The notes under the pieces are model-generated. The model saw only the letters and a list, made by a program, of their open reading frames with translations, was not told the DNA's origin and ran no database searches. The position numbers were made by a program, and so were the translations under genes. This document shows positions 1-9,486 of a stretch of 64,000 nucleotides of DNA, one piece after another (position 1 is the stretch's first letter; each line of letters starts with the position of its first letter). Source of the DNA: a virus; IMG/VR virus record IMGVR_UViG_3300020182_000023, positions 14,697-78,696 of that record; one strand, 5' to 3'.

Positions 1-342
1 TCTTTTAGTTCCTTTATTTGAGTGCGACCAACAAGGGGCTATATGCTCTATAACACCGTTATCATCTTCCACTAATACCCTTCCTGATAATAAAAACCAA
101 AAATGGTTAGTATTATGAACGGCACTAACAACATATGATTCCGCCTTCATTTTCATTTGTCGCATATAAAGACCATCGGTAAAGTTATTGGTAATAGGAA
201 AATCCTCGTTATTAACTAGGTTTTTTCCATCACCATAAACGCCATCCAAGTTATTGTTACTTATAATAGCCTCTTGCAACCGCTCAAGTCTATCGTTATA
301 AGTAGTTATATCCGATGTATTTTTTGTAACCGCAAAGTCCAT
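1..342 (-). CDS. Cupin-like phage protein (partial, runs off window start)
   Basis: Hand-translated: MDFAVTKNTS...PITNNFTDGLYMRQMKMKAESYVVSAVHNTNHFWFLLSGRVLV...; cupin-like pattern; ATG just downstream of a TATCTTTG box. Confidence 0.6.
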   Translation of the reverse strand, partial: MDFAVTKNTSDITTYNDRLERLQEAIISNNNLDGVYGDGKNLVNNEDFPITNNFTDGLYMRQMKMKAESYVVSAVHNTNHFWFLLSGRVLVEDDNGVIEHIAPCWSHSNKGTKR

Positions 343-348
343 TAAATA

Positions 349-356
349 CAAAGATA
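349..356 (-). promoter_or_regulatory. Bacteroidota primary-sigma -7 box (TATCTTTG)
   Basis: Matches TAnnTTTG, 7 nt upstream of the ATG at 342; the same box recurs before many genes on both strands. Confidence 0.6.
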
Positions 357-358
357 CG

Positions 359-3300
359 TTAAATAAAGCTTTTAATATATCTTAATGTAGAGCTAAATAC
401 TTTTACTAACGATGTAGCTGTATTATTGATTTTAGCAATGAAGTATGTGCCTATCATTAAGTCCCCTTGTGTAATAGGATTTGTTATGCCGCCAACAAGA
501 GGCGTATTCTCATCCATTAGTATGTTAGCCCATTGCCTTCCTTCTTTTTCCTCGAAATCTCCGTTGATTAAGCTAGTGCTTTGTCCTCTTTCGTTTGTTC
601 CGCTGTCCAAGTAGAAGTTAGTGTCTGTTGATTCTATCTCTAATGCCCTAGCGTTCTTTGTGTTAGTAGGCTCTGCGGCAAAAGGAATGGTGATATATGA
701 TTCGTGTTGAGCACCGTAAAAGTTTCCATAAGAGGAAACATTAGGGCTGTTATGTAAATAGAATTTGCCATCTTTACTAGAGCATAATCTACTTCTCGCA
801 CTACCGAATACATCGCCTTTGTAATCAAAGAAAGACATCCATTTATTATTCTTGGGGGAGTAATTAAGAACGTATTGCTGTCCTTGTATTACCTCTACGT
901 CAACAGCGGGATTGTATGTCCCCGAACTAGTTACGGTTGCTTGTATTGTAGTTCCACCGCCAAGCTTAGACCAATCTCCACTACTTACTGTTTCTGTTAC
1001 GAATGGCGCTGCTGTAAATGTTTTTAATACTATATCTTCACTTAGGTCAAGTTCCGTTACCTGTGCTTCTGTAAGCGTTATTACTACTGTTGTAGGTGGT
1101 GTGGTTACAACTGTTCCCGTTGATGTTGACTTATTGTTTATTGATAATATAAACGTATCAAACTCTTTATCGTAAACGCTTTGTATTACGGGTTTATTGA
1201 TTAACCTTTGAGAGCGTATAAGAACTTCATCAAAAAAGAATCTCATTCCAGCATCACTAATAGGTTTCACTTCTAATCCACTTGATATTAGTACTGTGTT
1301 TTTGCTTCTATCTACAAACATTGATGCTCCGCCAAAATAGGAAAGGCTCTCTGGATTGTCTGATATACCATAATCTGATACAGAATATCTAGGAGTTCCG
1401 AATACATCAGTAGTTTTGCCTACGAAATTATTACCGTCTAATGAGTTTATTTCCGTTCTACCCATTGGTAAAAGCCCCATCTTTCTGTCGAATAATACTT
1501 TTAGATATTCGTTTTCAGAAAATATCTTTCTTATAGTTCCGTATTCGTTCTTTAGTTCCCTAAAGTTTATATCGTAAAAGAAGCCTAATCCGTTTATGTT
1601 AGTGTTTTGTACTAACGGGTCGCTCCATCTTAATGTTGTTTTTAATTCTGGAAGCCTACTATCCTCTAATGCGACTAATGGTCTTTTTAAGCTAATAGAC
1701 CTAGAAGGCACTCTAATATCAGCGAACGGTACTTGTAGGAAAAATGCACCACCTACCGCAGTTCTCCCGCCAGATGGTATAGTTTTACTAGGAGGAAAGT
1801 TGTTAGCGTCATAATCTAAGAATGTGTAGCTTAAATACATATCACCTGTATCAGCGGGTTCATATACTAAATCCGCAGGGGGTGATATTACTTGGTTTTG
1901 GCTTGGTGCGTTAGGGTCGCCAAAACCCGAAAGGGTAGTTATTAATGAATCCAATCCTAAATGGGCTAAATCCCCATTAGCATCATACCCAATCTTACAA
2001 GGATACCCGTACTCTCTCCATAATGCGTTATTTGAATCTGTGCTTTTTTTGTAAACCTCTAAAATGTCTCTGACAGTTGGCTGTGTATTCCATTGACCGC
2101 TATTTATCTTAATATATTTCTTAAAGTTCATTTTATCCACAACAACAGATGCACCAGAACCGTCCCCCTCTACTATAAGCGTAGGAAATGAAGTATATCC
2201 ATTTCCCGAATTAGTTATAGTTACTGTTATTATTGAACCAGAGCCTATTGCAGTTGTAAAAGTCGCCCCACTACCACCTCCGCCAACAGCTTTTATTGTT
2301 GGGTTTGCAGTAAAGCCACTACCTCCGCTAATTATGGTAACGGATGCTATTTCTCCAGAGTCTAGCGTTTCAATAACCTTTGATTCATCGTAATGCGCCC
2401 AATAAGAAGATGCCGAGAAGTCGTAAACCCCTCTTACATAATATTCATCATTAAAGCTAAGAGGGAATTGGCTATCTTCGTTGTCATTATTAAATGTTCT
2501 TGGTATTTGTAGGCTTATTAATGACTGTCCGCCCGATGCTGCTGGCGTATCAACACCCGCCATAAATTGATAGGCTAAAGGTGTACTTCCCTCATAATCA
2601 ATCCCTATTGGTAAGTAACATGGTTGCCAAGTTTTAGCCCAAGATGGCGGTGCGTGACTTATTCTCATATTTAGGCTTACTATTACACTAGGGCTAGTTA
2701 CTATCGAATCGTACCAATCCGTCTCTACTTCTTGGTCAATATTCGTTAATACTGTAGAAAGCCTTCCCTTACCATCCGAGTATCTTATACCCCATTTGTA
2801 TTTAGCACCAGTTTTTAGTGTTTTTTGGTAACTCGCAGAAGGGGCTGTAGGTCTAGGTGCATAATATCTGTAAGATGAAATCATATCTAAATCTACGCTA
2901 CTAACATCTAGCCCCTCATCTATATCTCCAAATACTATTCTATTATCTTCTGTTATTGCTAATGTACCCGCTTTTTTAGGCACAAAAGAATATAGCTGAT
3001 TAGCCTCATTTTGGTCTAACGGAACTTTAGCTGAATTATTGTCGAATATTACTTCGTAGAATGACTCATATTGAACTCCACCACCCGTTACACCCCAATT
3101 ATCAGATGCTGTATTGAACTTTGTAAATGTATATTCGTTTGATGCGCTAATATCAGAGCCGTCTATATCAGCAAACTTATACCAATCTCCAGAGTTTCCA
3201 TTTCTACAATCTCTATACGCTACCTCTATCTTTTTTAATCTGTTTACTATTGCTGAATTTCTATACACCCTAAGTCTTAAACCGCCGTAAGATGTTGTTG

Positions 3301-4177
3301 GGTCTGCTAATACATTCTTGTTATAAGTATTCATTTCTGATATAGGCGACCAAGCACCATACATATCATCGTCAAATACCCATCTGTACTTAAACTGAAA
3401 ATACTTACCAAAAAGTGAGTTATTGCTTGTCCCAGTATTAGCCCCATTTATCAATATCTGATGTAATGGCTGTAACGGGCATAAATCAAAATACTCTGCT
3501 TGTAATGCAGTAGGGTATTCAGACCCAATTAATTTATCTACGTTAATATATTTAGGCTCGTTATGATTGTCAGTCCAAAACAATAACGTTTGACCATCTC
3601 TTATTAATATAGCTGAATCTATGTAATTATTCTCTTGAAAGTTTAAATAGTTGCCTATCTCCTTCCAAATTAATGAGTTTTTTTCGGGGTCTTTTTCTCC
3701 TGCATAACTAGCGGATGTAAACCCAACTAAACAAATATAATATTTAGTCTCTGAAGATATACCGCCAATTCTTAATACTACATCACCAGCGGTGTAAGAT
3801 GTTGCGTATGTAGGTGTAGCCCCGCCTAATGTACCTACTATTGAGTAAAAGTTATCTCTAACTAATTCTCTAAGAGTTTCATCTAAATAGCTATAATAAA
3901 GAATTATATGCTTCCCTTCGCTACTCCATAGGAATATATAAGTTCTTTGGTTTTCTTCGTCATCTTGTATCTTAACGCATTTATATCTACCACCAGACGG
4001 TAATGTATAACTTACTTCAAGTGTACTCTTTACATTTTCTAAGGCGTTATCATTCCCCCCATCAGTACTTGATACATAAAAGTTCTTAGCCTCTATGTAC
4101 TCACCTTCTTTTAGGTATCTAGGGTCGGAATCTTGGTTCATTCCAAGATAAAAAAAACGTCTATCTTCTTGTACCAT
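359..4177 (-). CDS. Tail stabilisation/muzzle protein, crAss-like podovirus type
   Basis: 1272 aa; N-terminal GMNQDSDPRYLKEGEY..A.N and LFWTDNHNEPKYIN, FKYRWVFDD..Y..WSP, YGISDNPES motifs typical of this family; follows the ring genes. Confidence 0.75.
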   Translation of the reverse strand: MVQEDRRFFYLGMNQDSDPRYLKEGEYIEAKNFYVSSTDGGNDNALENVKSTLEVSYTLPSGGRYKCVKIQDDEENQRTYIFLWSSEGKHIILYYSYLDETLRELVRDNFYSIVGTLGGATPTYATSYTAGDVVLRIGGISSETKYYICLVGFTSASYAGEKDPEKNSLIWKEIGNYLNFQENNYIDSAILIRDGQTLLFWTDNHNEPKYINVDKLIGSEYPTALQAEYFDLCPLQPLHQILINGANTGTSNNSLFGKYFQFKYRWVFDDDMYGAWSPISEMNTYNKNVLADPTTSYGGLRLRVYRNSAIVNRLKKIEVAYRDCRNGNSGDWYKFADIDGSDISASNEYTFTKFNTASDNWGVTGGGVQYESFYEVIFDNNSAKVPLDQNEANQLYSFVPKKAGTLAITEDNRIVFGDIDEGLDVSSVDLDMISSYRYYAPRPTAPSASYQKTLKTGAKYKWGIRYSDGKGRLSTVLTNIDQEVETDWYDSIVTSPSVIVSLNMRISHAPPSWAKTWQPCYLPIGIDYEGSTPLAYQFMAGVDTPAASGGQSLISLQIPRTFNNDNEDSQFPLSFNDEYYVRGVYDFSASSYWAHYDESKVIETLDSGEIASVTIISGGSGFTANPTIKAVGGGGSGATFTTAIGSGSIITVTITNSGNGYTSFPTLIVEGDGSGASVVVDKMNFKKYIKINSGQWNTQPTVRDILEVYKKSTDSNNALWREYGYPCKIGYDANGDLAHLGLDSLITTLSGFGDPNAPSQNQVISPPADLVYEPADTGDMYLSYTFLDYDANNFPPSKTIPSGGRTAVGGAFFLQVPFADIRVPSRSISLKRPLVALEDSRLPELKTTLRWSDPLVQNTNINGLGFFYDINFRELKNEYGTIRKIFSENEYLKVLFDRKMGLLPMGRTEINSLDGNNFVGKTTDVFGTPRYSVSDYGISDNPESLSYFGGASMFVDRSKNTVLISSGLEVKPISDAGMRFFFDEVLIRSQRLINKPVIQSVYDKEFDTFILSINNKSTSTGTVVTTPPTTVVITLTEAQVTELDLSEDIVLKTFTAAPFVTETVSSGDWSKLGGGTTIQATVTSSGTYNPAVDVEVIQGQQYVLNYSPKNNKWMSFFDYKGDVFGSARSRLCSSKDGKFYLHNSPNVSSYGNFYGAQHESYITIPFAAEPTNTKNARALEIESTDTNFYLDSGTNERGQSTSLINGDFEEKEGRQWANILMDENTPLVGGITNPITQGDLMIGTYFIAKINNTATSLVKVFSSTLRYIKSFI

Positions 4178-4941
4178 TAGCTTTTAGTAAATGCGCTGCT
4201 CTTTCTAGTCTGATTCATCATTTGGTTTTGCGTCATTGAACTGAATCTTTCAGCCATATGATAGCAAGCCCAAGTGAACTTATGCTCTAAATCTTGTATA
4301 ACACCTCTTGGTGTGCTTTTTCTTCTTCTCTTACTAAACAATTCTATACCCGCCTTAATAGGCTCCCTCATAAACTGATGAACTAGAAACTCTCCGTTTA
4401 TTGTAGATATATCTTGAAGGTATATTATCATATACTTGTCAGTAGTGTTTAAGCCTCCATTTACGTTGATAAATCCTCTTTCGTAGTCTATACTCCACTC
4501 ACCATAAACAACGTGTCCATTGCTACCGAAATTGCCTCCTAAGTTCTCTCCGTGTCTGCTTACAGATAGGCTGTTGTTTGAATCTCCGTAACCGTTTGAT
4601 TCAGCTAACCTTCCCGTAGAGGTTTGTCTTTCTGTATTGCCTTCACTATCAGTTCCTCTTGCGTTGGCGATTTTATTACCCAACCCTAATGAAATGAAGT
4701 GGTTTGCGCTATTTACAATTCCTAAGTCTATAATTCTTACGCAACCCGCAGGAATTACTATTTGGTCGTTAGAGTTTAACGTAACAAACTTACTTACAGG
4801 TATGCCCGTAAAATCATACTCCATCTCCCTTAATGCTTGTATGGCAAAGTCTAGGTAAAAAGATAAATCGTGTGTAGTCTTTTTGCCTTGCTCTCTAAGG
4901 TAGTCTTTTACTATGGATAATATGGGTAAGTCTCTATTCAT
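4177..4941 (-). CDS. Putative tail ring/adaptor protein
   Basis: 254 aa; position next to muzzle; size matches crAss-like ring proteins. Confidence 0.55.
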   Translation of the reverse strand: MNRDLPILSIVKDYLREQGKKTTHDLSFYLDFAIQALREMEYDFTGIPVSKFVTLNSNDQIVIPAGCVRIIDLGIVNSANHFISLGLGNKIANARGTDSEGNTERQTSTGRLAESNGYGDSNNSLSVSRHGENLGGNFGSNGHVVYGEWSIDYERGFINVNGGLNTTDKYMIIYLQDISTINGEFLVHQFMREPIKAGIELFSKRRRKSTPRGVIQDLEHKFTWACYHMAERFSSMTQNQMMNQTRKSSAFTKS

Positions 4942-5561
4942 TATGAATCTGCTAGGTTGTTATCGCTTAAATCTTCTGGAATGTCTTTTGTCAATACATA
5001 TTCTTGAACAGCCATATTAATTATATCCAACTCTAGGTTAGGCGGAAATGGAAAATAATCATCATCCGCTATATCTTCGCTGCTAGATATTGAGTGTACA
5101 TCTAATAATGTTTCTTCTGTCTGTTTTGCTGTAAAGTATATTCTATCTCCACTTAACCAATATCCCGTATTACCTTCTAACTCTTTTGAGGCAGAACCAT
5201 TAAATAAAGAATTAAATGTAGATGGCACTTGGTAGTATTCAAATGTGTTATTACAAGGTGTTATCTGATATATACCCATATTCTTAGGGAGTACTAACGG
5301 CTTAAATGGTAGCTGTAAATACCATCTGTTAGTTCTAGTGTCTTTTGTAGGGGATAATTGCTCATAAGTAGATATACAGCCTTCCCAAACCATATCTTCC
5401 ATTAAGTCATTACTCCACGCTTGCCAAGCGAAATCTGCAACAACTTTATCTCTAGCATTACCAACAGCAGCTACCATTTCCCTAAGAGATGTCTTAGCGT
5501 CTTGCGTTAGCTTTGGGTAAAGCTTCTTTAATGCTCTATATGCTAAATCTACTTTTGTCAT
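4941..5561 (-). CDS. Putative tail ring protein
   Basis: 206 aa; C-terminal FPFPPNLELDIINMAV pattern of ring/tail tubular proteins; translationally coupled. Confidence 0.55.
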   Translation of the reverse strand: MTKVDLAYRALKKLYPKLTQDAKTSLREMVAAVGNARDKVVADFAWQAWSNDLMEDMVWEGCISTYEQLSPTKDTRTNRWYLQLPFKPLVLPKNMGIYQITPCNNTFEYYQVPSTFNSLFNGSASKELEGNTGYWLSGDRIYFTAKQTEETLLDVHSISSSEDIADDDYFPFPPNLELDIINMAVQEYVLTKDIPEDLSDNNLADS

Positions 5562-6196
5562 TATTTGTAATTAACTAACGCTTCGTTTCCTATTGAGAAA
5601 CCAAAACGTCTAACTATACCTTGTACTATTCTTTCTGTATGCTGCTCTGGTATATCAAAATCAACCGATGTAGACGAATCGTACACTTCTCTACTAGATG
5701 ATACCGTGAAGCCCCAAATAGGGTCTAATGGAAGTCTGTAATAGCTGAGCTTAACGCTACTAAATACAGAGTAAGGTTTAATTTCTACCGTATCTGCATT
5801 AATAACTGCTATTGGATATGCTGTACTTGCTCTTGAGAAACCGCTAACTTCCGATGCGTCTGCTTCTGACTGACCCATCACTTGAAATTGAACTAGCTTA
5901 CTCTGTGTTTGATTAATGTAAACTCTACCCGTTATTGATTGCAATTGCATATAATCACTAGGCTTAGTTACTAAGTTGCTTGAGTTCGGAAAAAGATTAA
6001 CTGACACCTTTAATTCATCAGCTATGTCCATTGTTTGCTGTGAACTTTCAGACACACCTAGCACTTCATTATAAAAAGAAAGTTGTTCTAGCTTTGCGTA
6101 GTTATTAAAGTCGCTTGTCTTTATATAGCCTCCTGACTGATTCTTCTTTATAATCTCAAAGACTTGCGTCTTTACGGTATTTATATTTGCTCCCAA
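5561..6196 (-). CDS. Putative tail ring (tubular) protein
   Basis: 211 aa; KNQSGGYI...FN, YYRLP.DP.W and SVDFDIPE motifs of crAss-like ring proteins. Confidence 0.6.
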   Translation of the reverse strand: MGANINTVKTQVFEIIKKNQSGGYIKTSDFNNYAKLEQLSFYNEVLGVSESSQQTMDIADELKVSVNLFPNSSNLVTKPSDYMQLQSITGRVYINQTQSKLVQFQVMGQSEADASEVSGFSRASTAYPIAVINADTVEIKPYSVFSSVKLSYYRLPLDPIWGFTVSSSREVYDSSTSVDFDIPEQHTERIVQGIVRRFGFSIGNEALVNYK

Positions 6197-6199
6197 TTT

Positions 6200-6946
6200 C
6201 TATTGATTATCGCCACTTGTTGATACGACTGAAAATTGATTCTCGTCTGTGCATATTAATTCTATAACATCAAATTCGCTTAATGTAAGTGAAGCTCCAT
6301 TAAGAGTTCTAAGTATTTGTCCGTTTGCGCCAAATTTAGCAGGGTCTAAGTCTAGTGTAGCACCCACTCCAACATAGAATAATAATCTAGTCGCTACTGC
6401 GCATTTATTAATTTGAACTATCTCACCCGTTCCGTCTACAAAATATGTATTACCATTCTTAGCGTTTAATACTGAATCACCCGTAGTAGGGTTAATATCA
6501 GTAGCTATATTATTGTATTGACCATATAGCTGTAATGCTACGTTCTCTGATTTAGGAATAGCTGCTGATTGAAGCCCTATGAATACAGAATCAGTTGCGG
6601 ATGTCTTTGGTGATAAAACCCCTCCCGAATTATTCCAATAAGCACTATCTAATAATTCACTTCTAATCTGTGTTGCTGTATCTGAAATTTCACTTCTTAT
6701 TTGAGTTAATGAATCATTAGCCGCATACCCGTCATTTATAAAATACCTGCCATCAGCAGTAGAGTCTATTATAAACAAACTCCCATAAGCTCCGTACATT
6801 GATTCTCCGCTTAAAAACATCGTATCTCCATACGCAATCTTCTTAACTTTAAAGGGCTGATTCTTAGTTACCCAATTAATAGTGTCTTGCGAATATCCTG
6901 CTAAGCAAAACGCAGTAAGTATAAATAATATTACTATCTTTTTCAT
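6200..6946 (-). CDS. Signal-peptide-bearing protein inside the virion module
   Basis: MKKIVILFILTAFCLAGYS|QDT; short coiled repeat (DSLTQIRSEI/DTATQIRSEL); fibre-like C-terminus. Confidence 0.5.
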   Translation of the reverse strand: MKKIVILFILTAFCLAGYSQDTINWVTKNQPFKVKKIAYGDTMFLSGESMYGAYGSLFIIDSTADGRYFINDGYAANDSLTQIRSEISDTATQIRSELLDSAYWNNSGGVLSPKTSATDSVFIGLQSAAIPKSENVALQLYGQYNNIATDINPTTGDSVLNAKNGNTYFVDGTGEIVQINKCAVATRLLFYVGVGATLDLDPAKFGANGQILRTLNGASLTLSEFDVIELICTDENQFSVVSTSGDNQ

Positions 6947-6949
6947 TTC

Positions 6950-8164
6950 TTATGGTTTAATTATGTGATAAGCTACCTTTACTCCCGTATATACAATTGT
7001 TCCGAAAGTAATTTCTCCCGTTAAGGAATTTAAACTTATGCTGTATGTGCTAATTGATTCTACGTCATCTCCATCTACGGTTATGATTACATCTCCATCT
7101 GCATAGTTGTAGTTTATAAGTTCTGTGAATGTATAGCTAGTAACGTCTGCCGTCATTGTAGCTGAACCCATTCTTACTATTGCAGGGGTTGTTCCTATAC
7201 CTACTACTTGAGATACTGTTCCTGAACTACCGCAATCTCCCGTACAACTTAATAAGTCTTTTATTTCAGAGGTATAAGCCGCTGCATCCGATGATTTACC
7301 GCAGTTATATGCGCTTTGTATCAGTTGCCATAGATTAGAAGTTCTATTAAATAACTTCGTTAATCTAGCTTCATCTGTCTTATTGCCCGTATTTATAGCT
7401 GCATCTAGTTGCTGCTCTAATGCTTTCATACAACAATAAAGGTCGCAACCATCACTTCCACCGCTTACATAGATACCCTTATATCCCGTTACAGCATCTA
7501 GTAGTGTCCAAGTAACATCCGTAGAAGTTGCGTCTGTGTAATACCCGTTAAATGTATATGTAGCATTTGCTGACAAGGCTACTACCGAAGTAATATCAGG
7601 GTCAGTTGAATAGTAAAATACTTTTGTGTTTAATGTCTTTGTAGAACTATCAATGTTAGTTACATAAGAACCTAGACCTTGTGGGTGCGTAAGTGTTAAT
7701 GTACCCGCTATTGTAGGGTCTACTGAATTATAAGCGTAACTTGTTTCGTCTACTGCTTTAAAGAAAATAGGGTTTATTACGCTATAACTAAGGTCTAAAT
7801 CAGCCGTTGGTGAAGAATAAGTGTTATCAAACTGAAATGTTCTTTCAAATTTAACCAAAGGTGCTGCTACATCGAAATACGTTAGCGTTATTTGATAAGA
7901 ACCTCTAACAACTAATGAATCAGCATCTTTTGGTAGGTTTAGCGTATCGCTAGAGCCACCCGATGTCATATTAGGGTTAGATGTGTCTGTGTTATTATAA
8001 AATGTAGTTCCTTGTGGGTCTACTATCTTAACAAGTATTCTTGAATCTCCCGAAGCCCAACTTAAATCACCAGAACCATAAGTAGATGTATCTGTAAGTG
8101 TTACGTTTTTGGCTGCGATAGACTCACCTGTTGTGAATGTTATGTCTGTTGATTGAGTTGCCAT
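6950..8164 (-). CDS. Virion structural protein (beta-rich, Cys cluster)
   Basis: 404 aa, T/S/D-rich, CDLYCC and C.G.C motifs, within the structural operon. Confidence 0.5.
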   Translation of the reverse strand: MATQSTDITFTTGESIAAKNVTLTDTSTYGSGDLSWASGDSRILVKIVDPQGTTFYNNTDTSNPNMTSGGSSDTLNLPKDADSLVVRGSYQITLTYFDVAAPLVKFERTFQFDNTYSSPTADLDLSYSVINPIFFKAVDETSYAYNSVDPTIAGTLTLTHPQGLGSYVTNIDSSTKTLNTKVFYYSTDPDITSVVALSANATYTFNGYYTDATSTDVTWTLLDAVTGYKGIYVSGGSDGCDLYCCMKALEQQLDAAINTGNKTDEARLTKLFNRTSNLWQLIQSAYNCGKSSDAAAYTSEIKDLLSCTGDCGSSGTVSQVVGIGTTPAIVRMGSATMTADVTSYTFTELINYNYADGDVIITVDGDDVESISTYSISLNSLTGEITFGTIVYTGVKVAYHIIKP

Positions 8165-8193
8165 TAGTTATAATTTGTTAAATACAAAGATAC

Positions 8194-8226
8194 AAAAAAG
8201 GTGGGAACTGATATGAACCCACCTTT
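8194..8226 (-). terminator. Intrinsic terminator hairpin
   Basis: aaaggtggg...cccaccttt stem with a minus-strand U tract, after ORF 8255..9376. Confidence 0.6.
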
Positions 8227-8254
8227 AATATAAATTATATGTTTAAATTACTGA

Positions 8255-9376
8255 CTACTCATCAGTTATTTTAGACTGTATGGTAAGTTTTAATTGTCTT
8301 ACTAAATAAGCCTTCAAGTTAAACCCCTTAAACTCTAAATCGTTTTCAATCATTTTAACCACACCTTTCTTACCTTTTGCTAATTGGTTTTCTGGTTTTT
8401 TGTCGTCTAGGAATAAATAAGCACCCGATTGAATAAGAATACCTGCGTCTTTAGCCGCTTGTACTAATTCATCTGGAGTAAAGCTATCAATAACGTCTGG
8501 ATTTTCATCTACGATATACTCATCGTCTGTTTCTCCCGTTAACTTGTAAAGAATGTCATTGTAAACTTCTTTTCCCGTTCCACCTGATTCACAGCAGTAA
8601 TTAACTAATACATCTTTAGGCATTAGTCCTTTTCTTACTTTTAAGCTGATTACAGGCTCACTTGTGTCATCCCATAGTATTTGCCTAGAAATCTTGTCAA
8701 ACTTAATTAAACGTAGCGTAAATGCTCTGTTTATCTGTATTCTAGTTTCTAGTCTAGGGTCATTGATAATCTCTAGTACTTCTTCTGGATTTCTTCTAGC
8801 GTGAGAAATTAAATCCATTTTAAGTTCCTTCTCATTCAATGGAACATTGTTTCTGTCTAAAGTGTTTCTACCTAGTAATTCAGCTAATTGAATTAGGTTT
8901 TCTTCTCTAGCTTCAATAATAAACTGAATTGCTTTGTGAGTTAATTCTTCTGAATCAAATCTTTCTTCCGCATCTTTAGCTTCTGATTCTTCTGTAAAGA
9001 TTACTTCTGCATTTGGGTTTCTTTCTGGATTGCTACCGTTAGAGTTCATTGCTCTTAAATACTCAATAAGCATTGAATTTCTCTTTGGGTCTAAAATCAT
9101 TATCTTGTCATTGAATGTTATTTTAGGTGCGGAAATTAATCTGAAGTCTTCTTCTCCCTTGTAGTTATTCCACTCATCCATATATATACTACGCTGCCCG
9201 TTACTAGGGTTGTAAACTGCTATACGCTTGTTTATAACTCCCGTCTTAGGGTTTTCTATGTTTATAATGTCTTTTGCTGGAATTGATACACCTCTGTTTG
9301 CGCCACTTCTTCGTGTGTCTAGTGCAACGTGTCTTTTGTCTAGTACGAATGTAACGTACTTCTCTACTTGTGCCAT
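8255..9376 (-). CDS. Conserved post-MCP protein of crAss-like phages
   Basis: 373 aa directly downstream of MCP; ELKMDLISHARRNPEE..E..NDP pattern. Confidence 0.5.
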   Translation of the reverse strand: MAQVEKYVTFVLDKRHVALDTRRSGANRGVSIPAKDIINIENPKTGVINKRIAVYNPSNGQRSIYMDEWNNYKGEEDFRLISAPKITFNDKIMILDPKRNSMLIEYLRAMNSNGSNPERNPNAEVIFTEESEAKDAEERFDSEELTHKAIQFIIEAREENLIQLAELLGRNTLDRNNVPLNEKELKMDLISHARRNPEEVLEIINDPRLETRIQINRAFTLRLIKFDKISRQILWDDTSEPVISLKVRKGLMPKDVLVNYCCESGGTGKEVYNDILYKLTGETDDEYIVDENPDVIDSFTPDELVQAAKDAGILIQSGAYLFLDDKKPENQLAKGKKGVVKMIENDLEFKGFNLKAYLVRQLKLTIQSKITDE

Positions 9377-9431
9377 AATACTTTATTAAATTAAAATTTG
9401 TAAATACAAAATTAAACAATTTTTAACAAAC

Positions 9432-9464
9432 AAAAAAAGCCCCAATGTTTCCATCAGGGCTTTT
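9432..9464 (-). terminator. Intrinsic terminator after MCP
   Basis: aaaagccc...gggctttt hairpin with A/U tracts. Confidence 0.6.
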
Positions 9465-9486
9465 AATAGTTTATATAAGGTTAATT

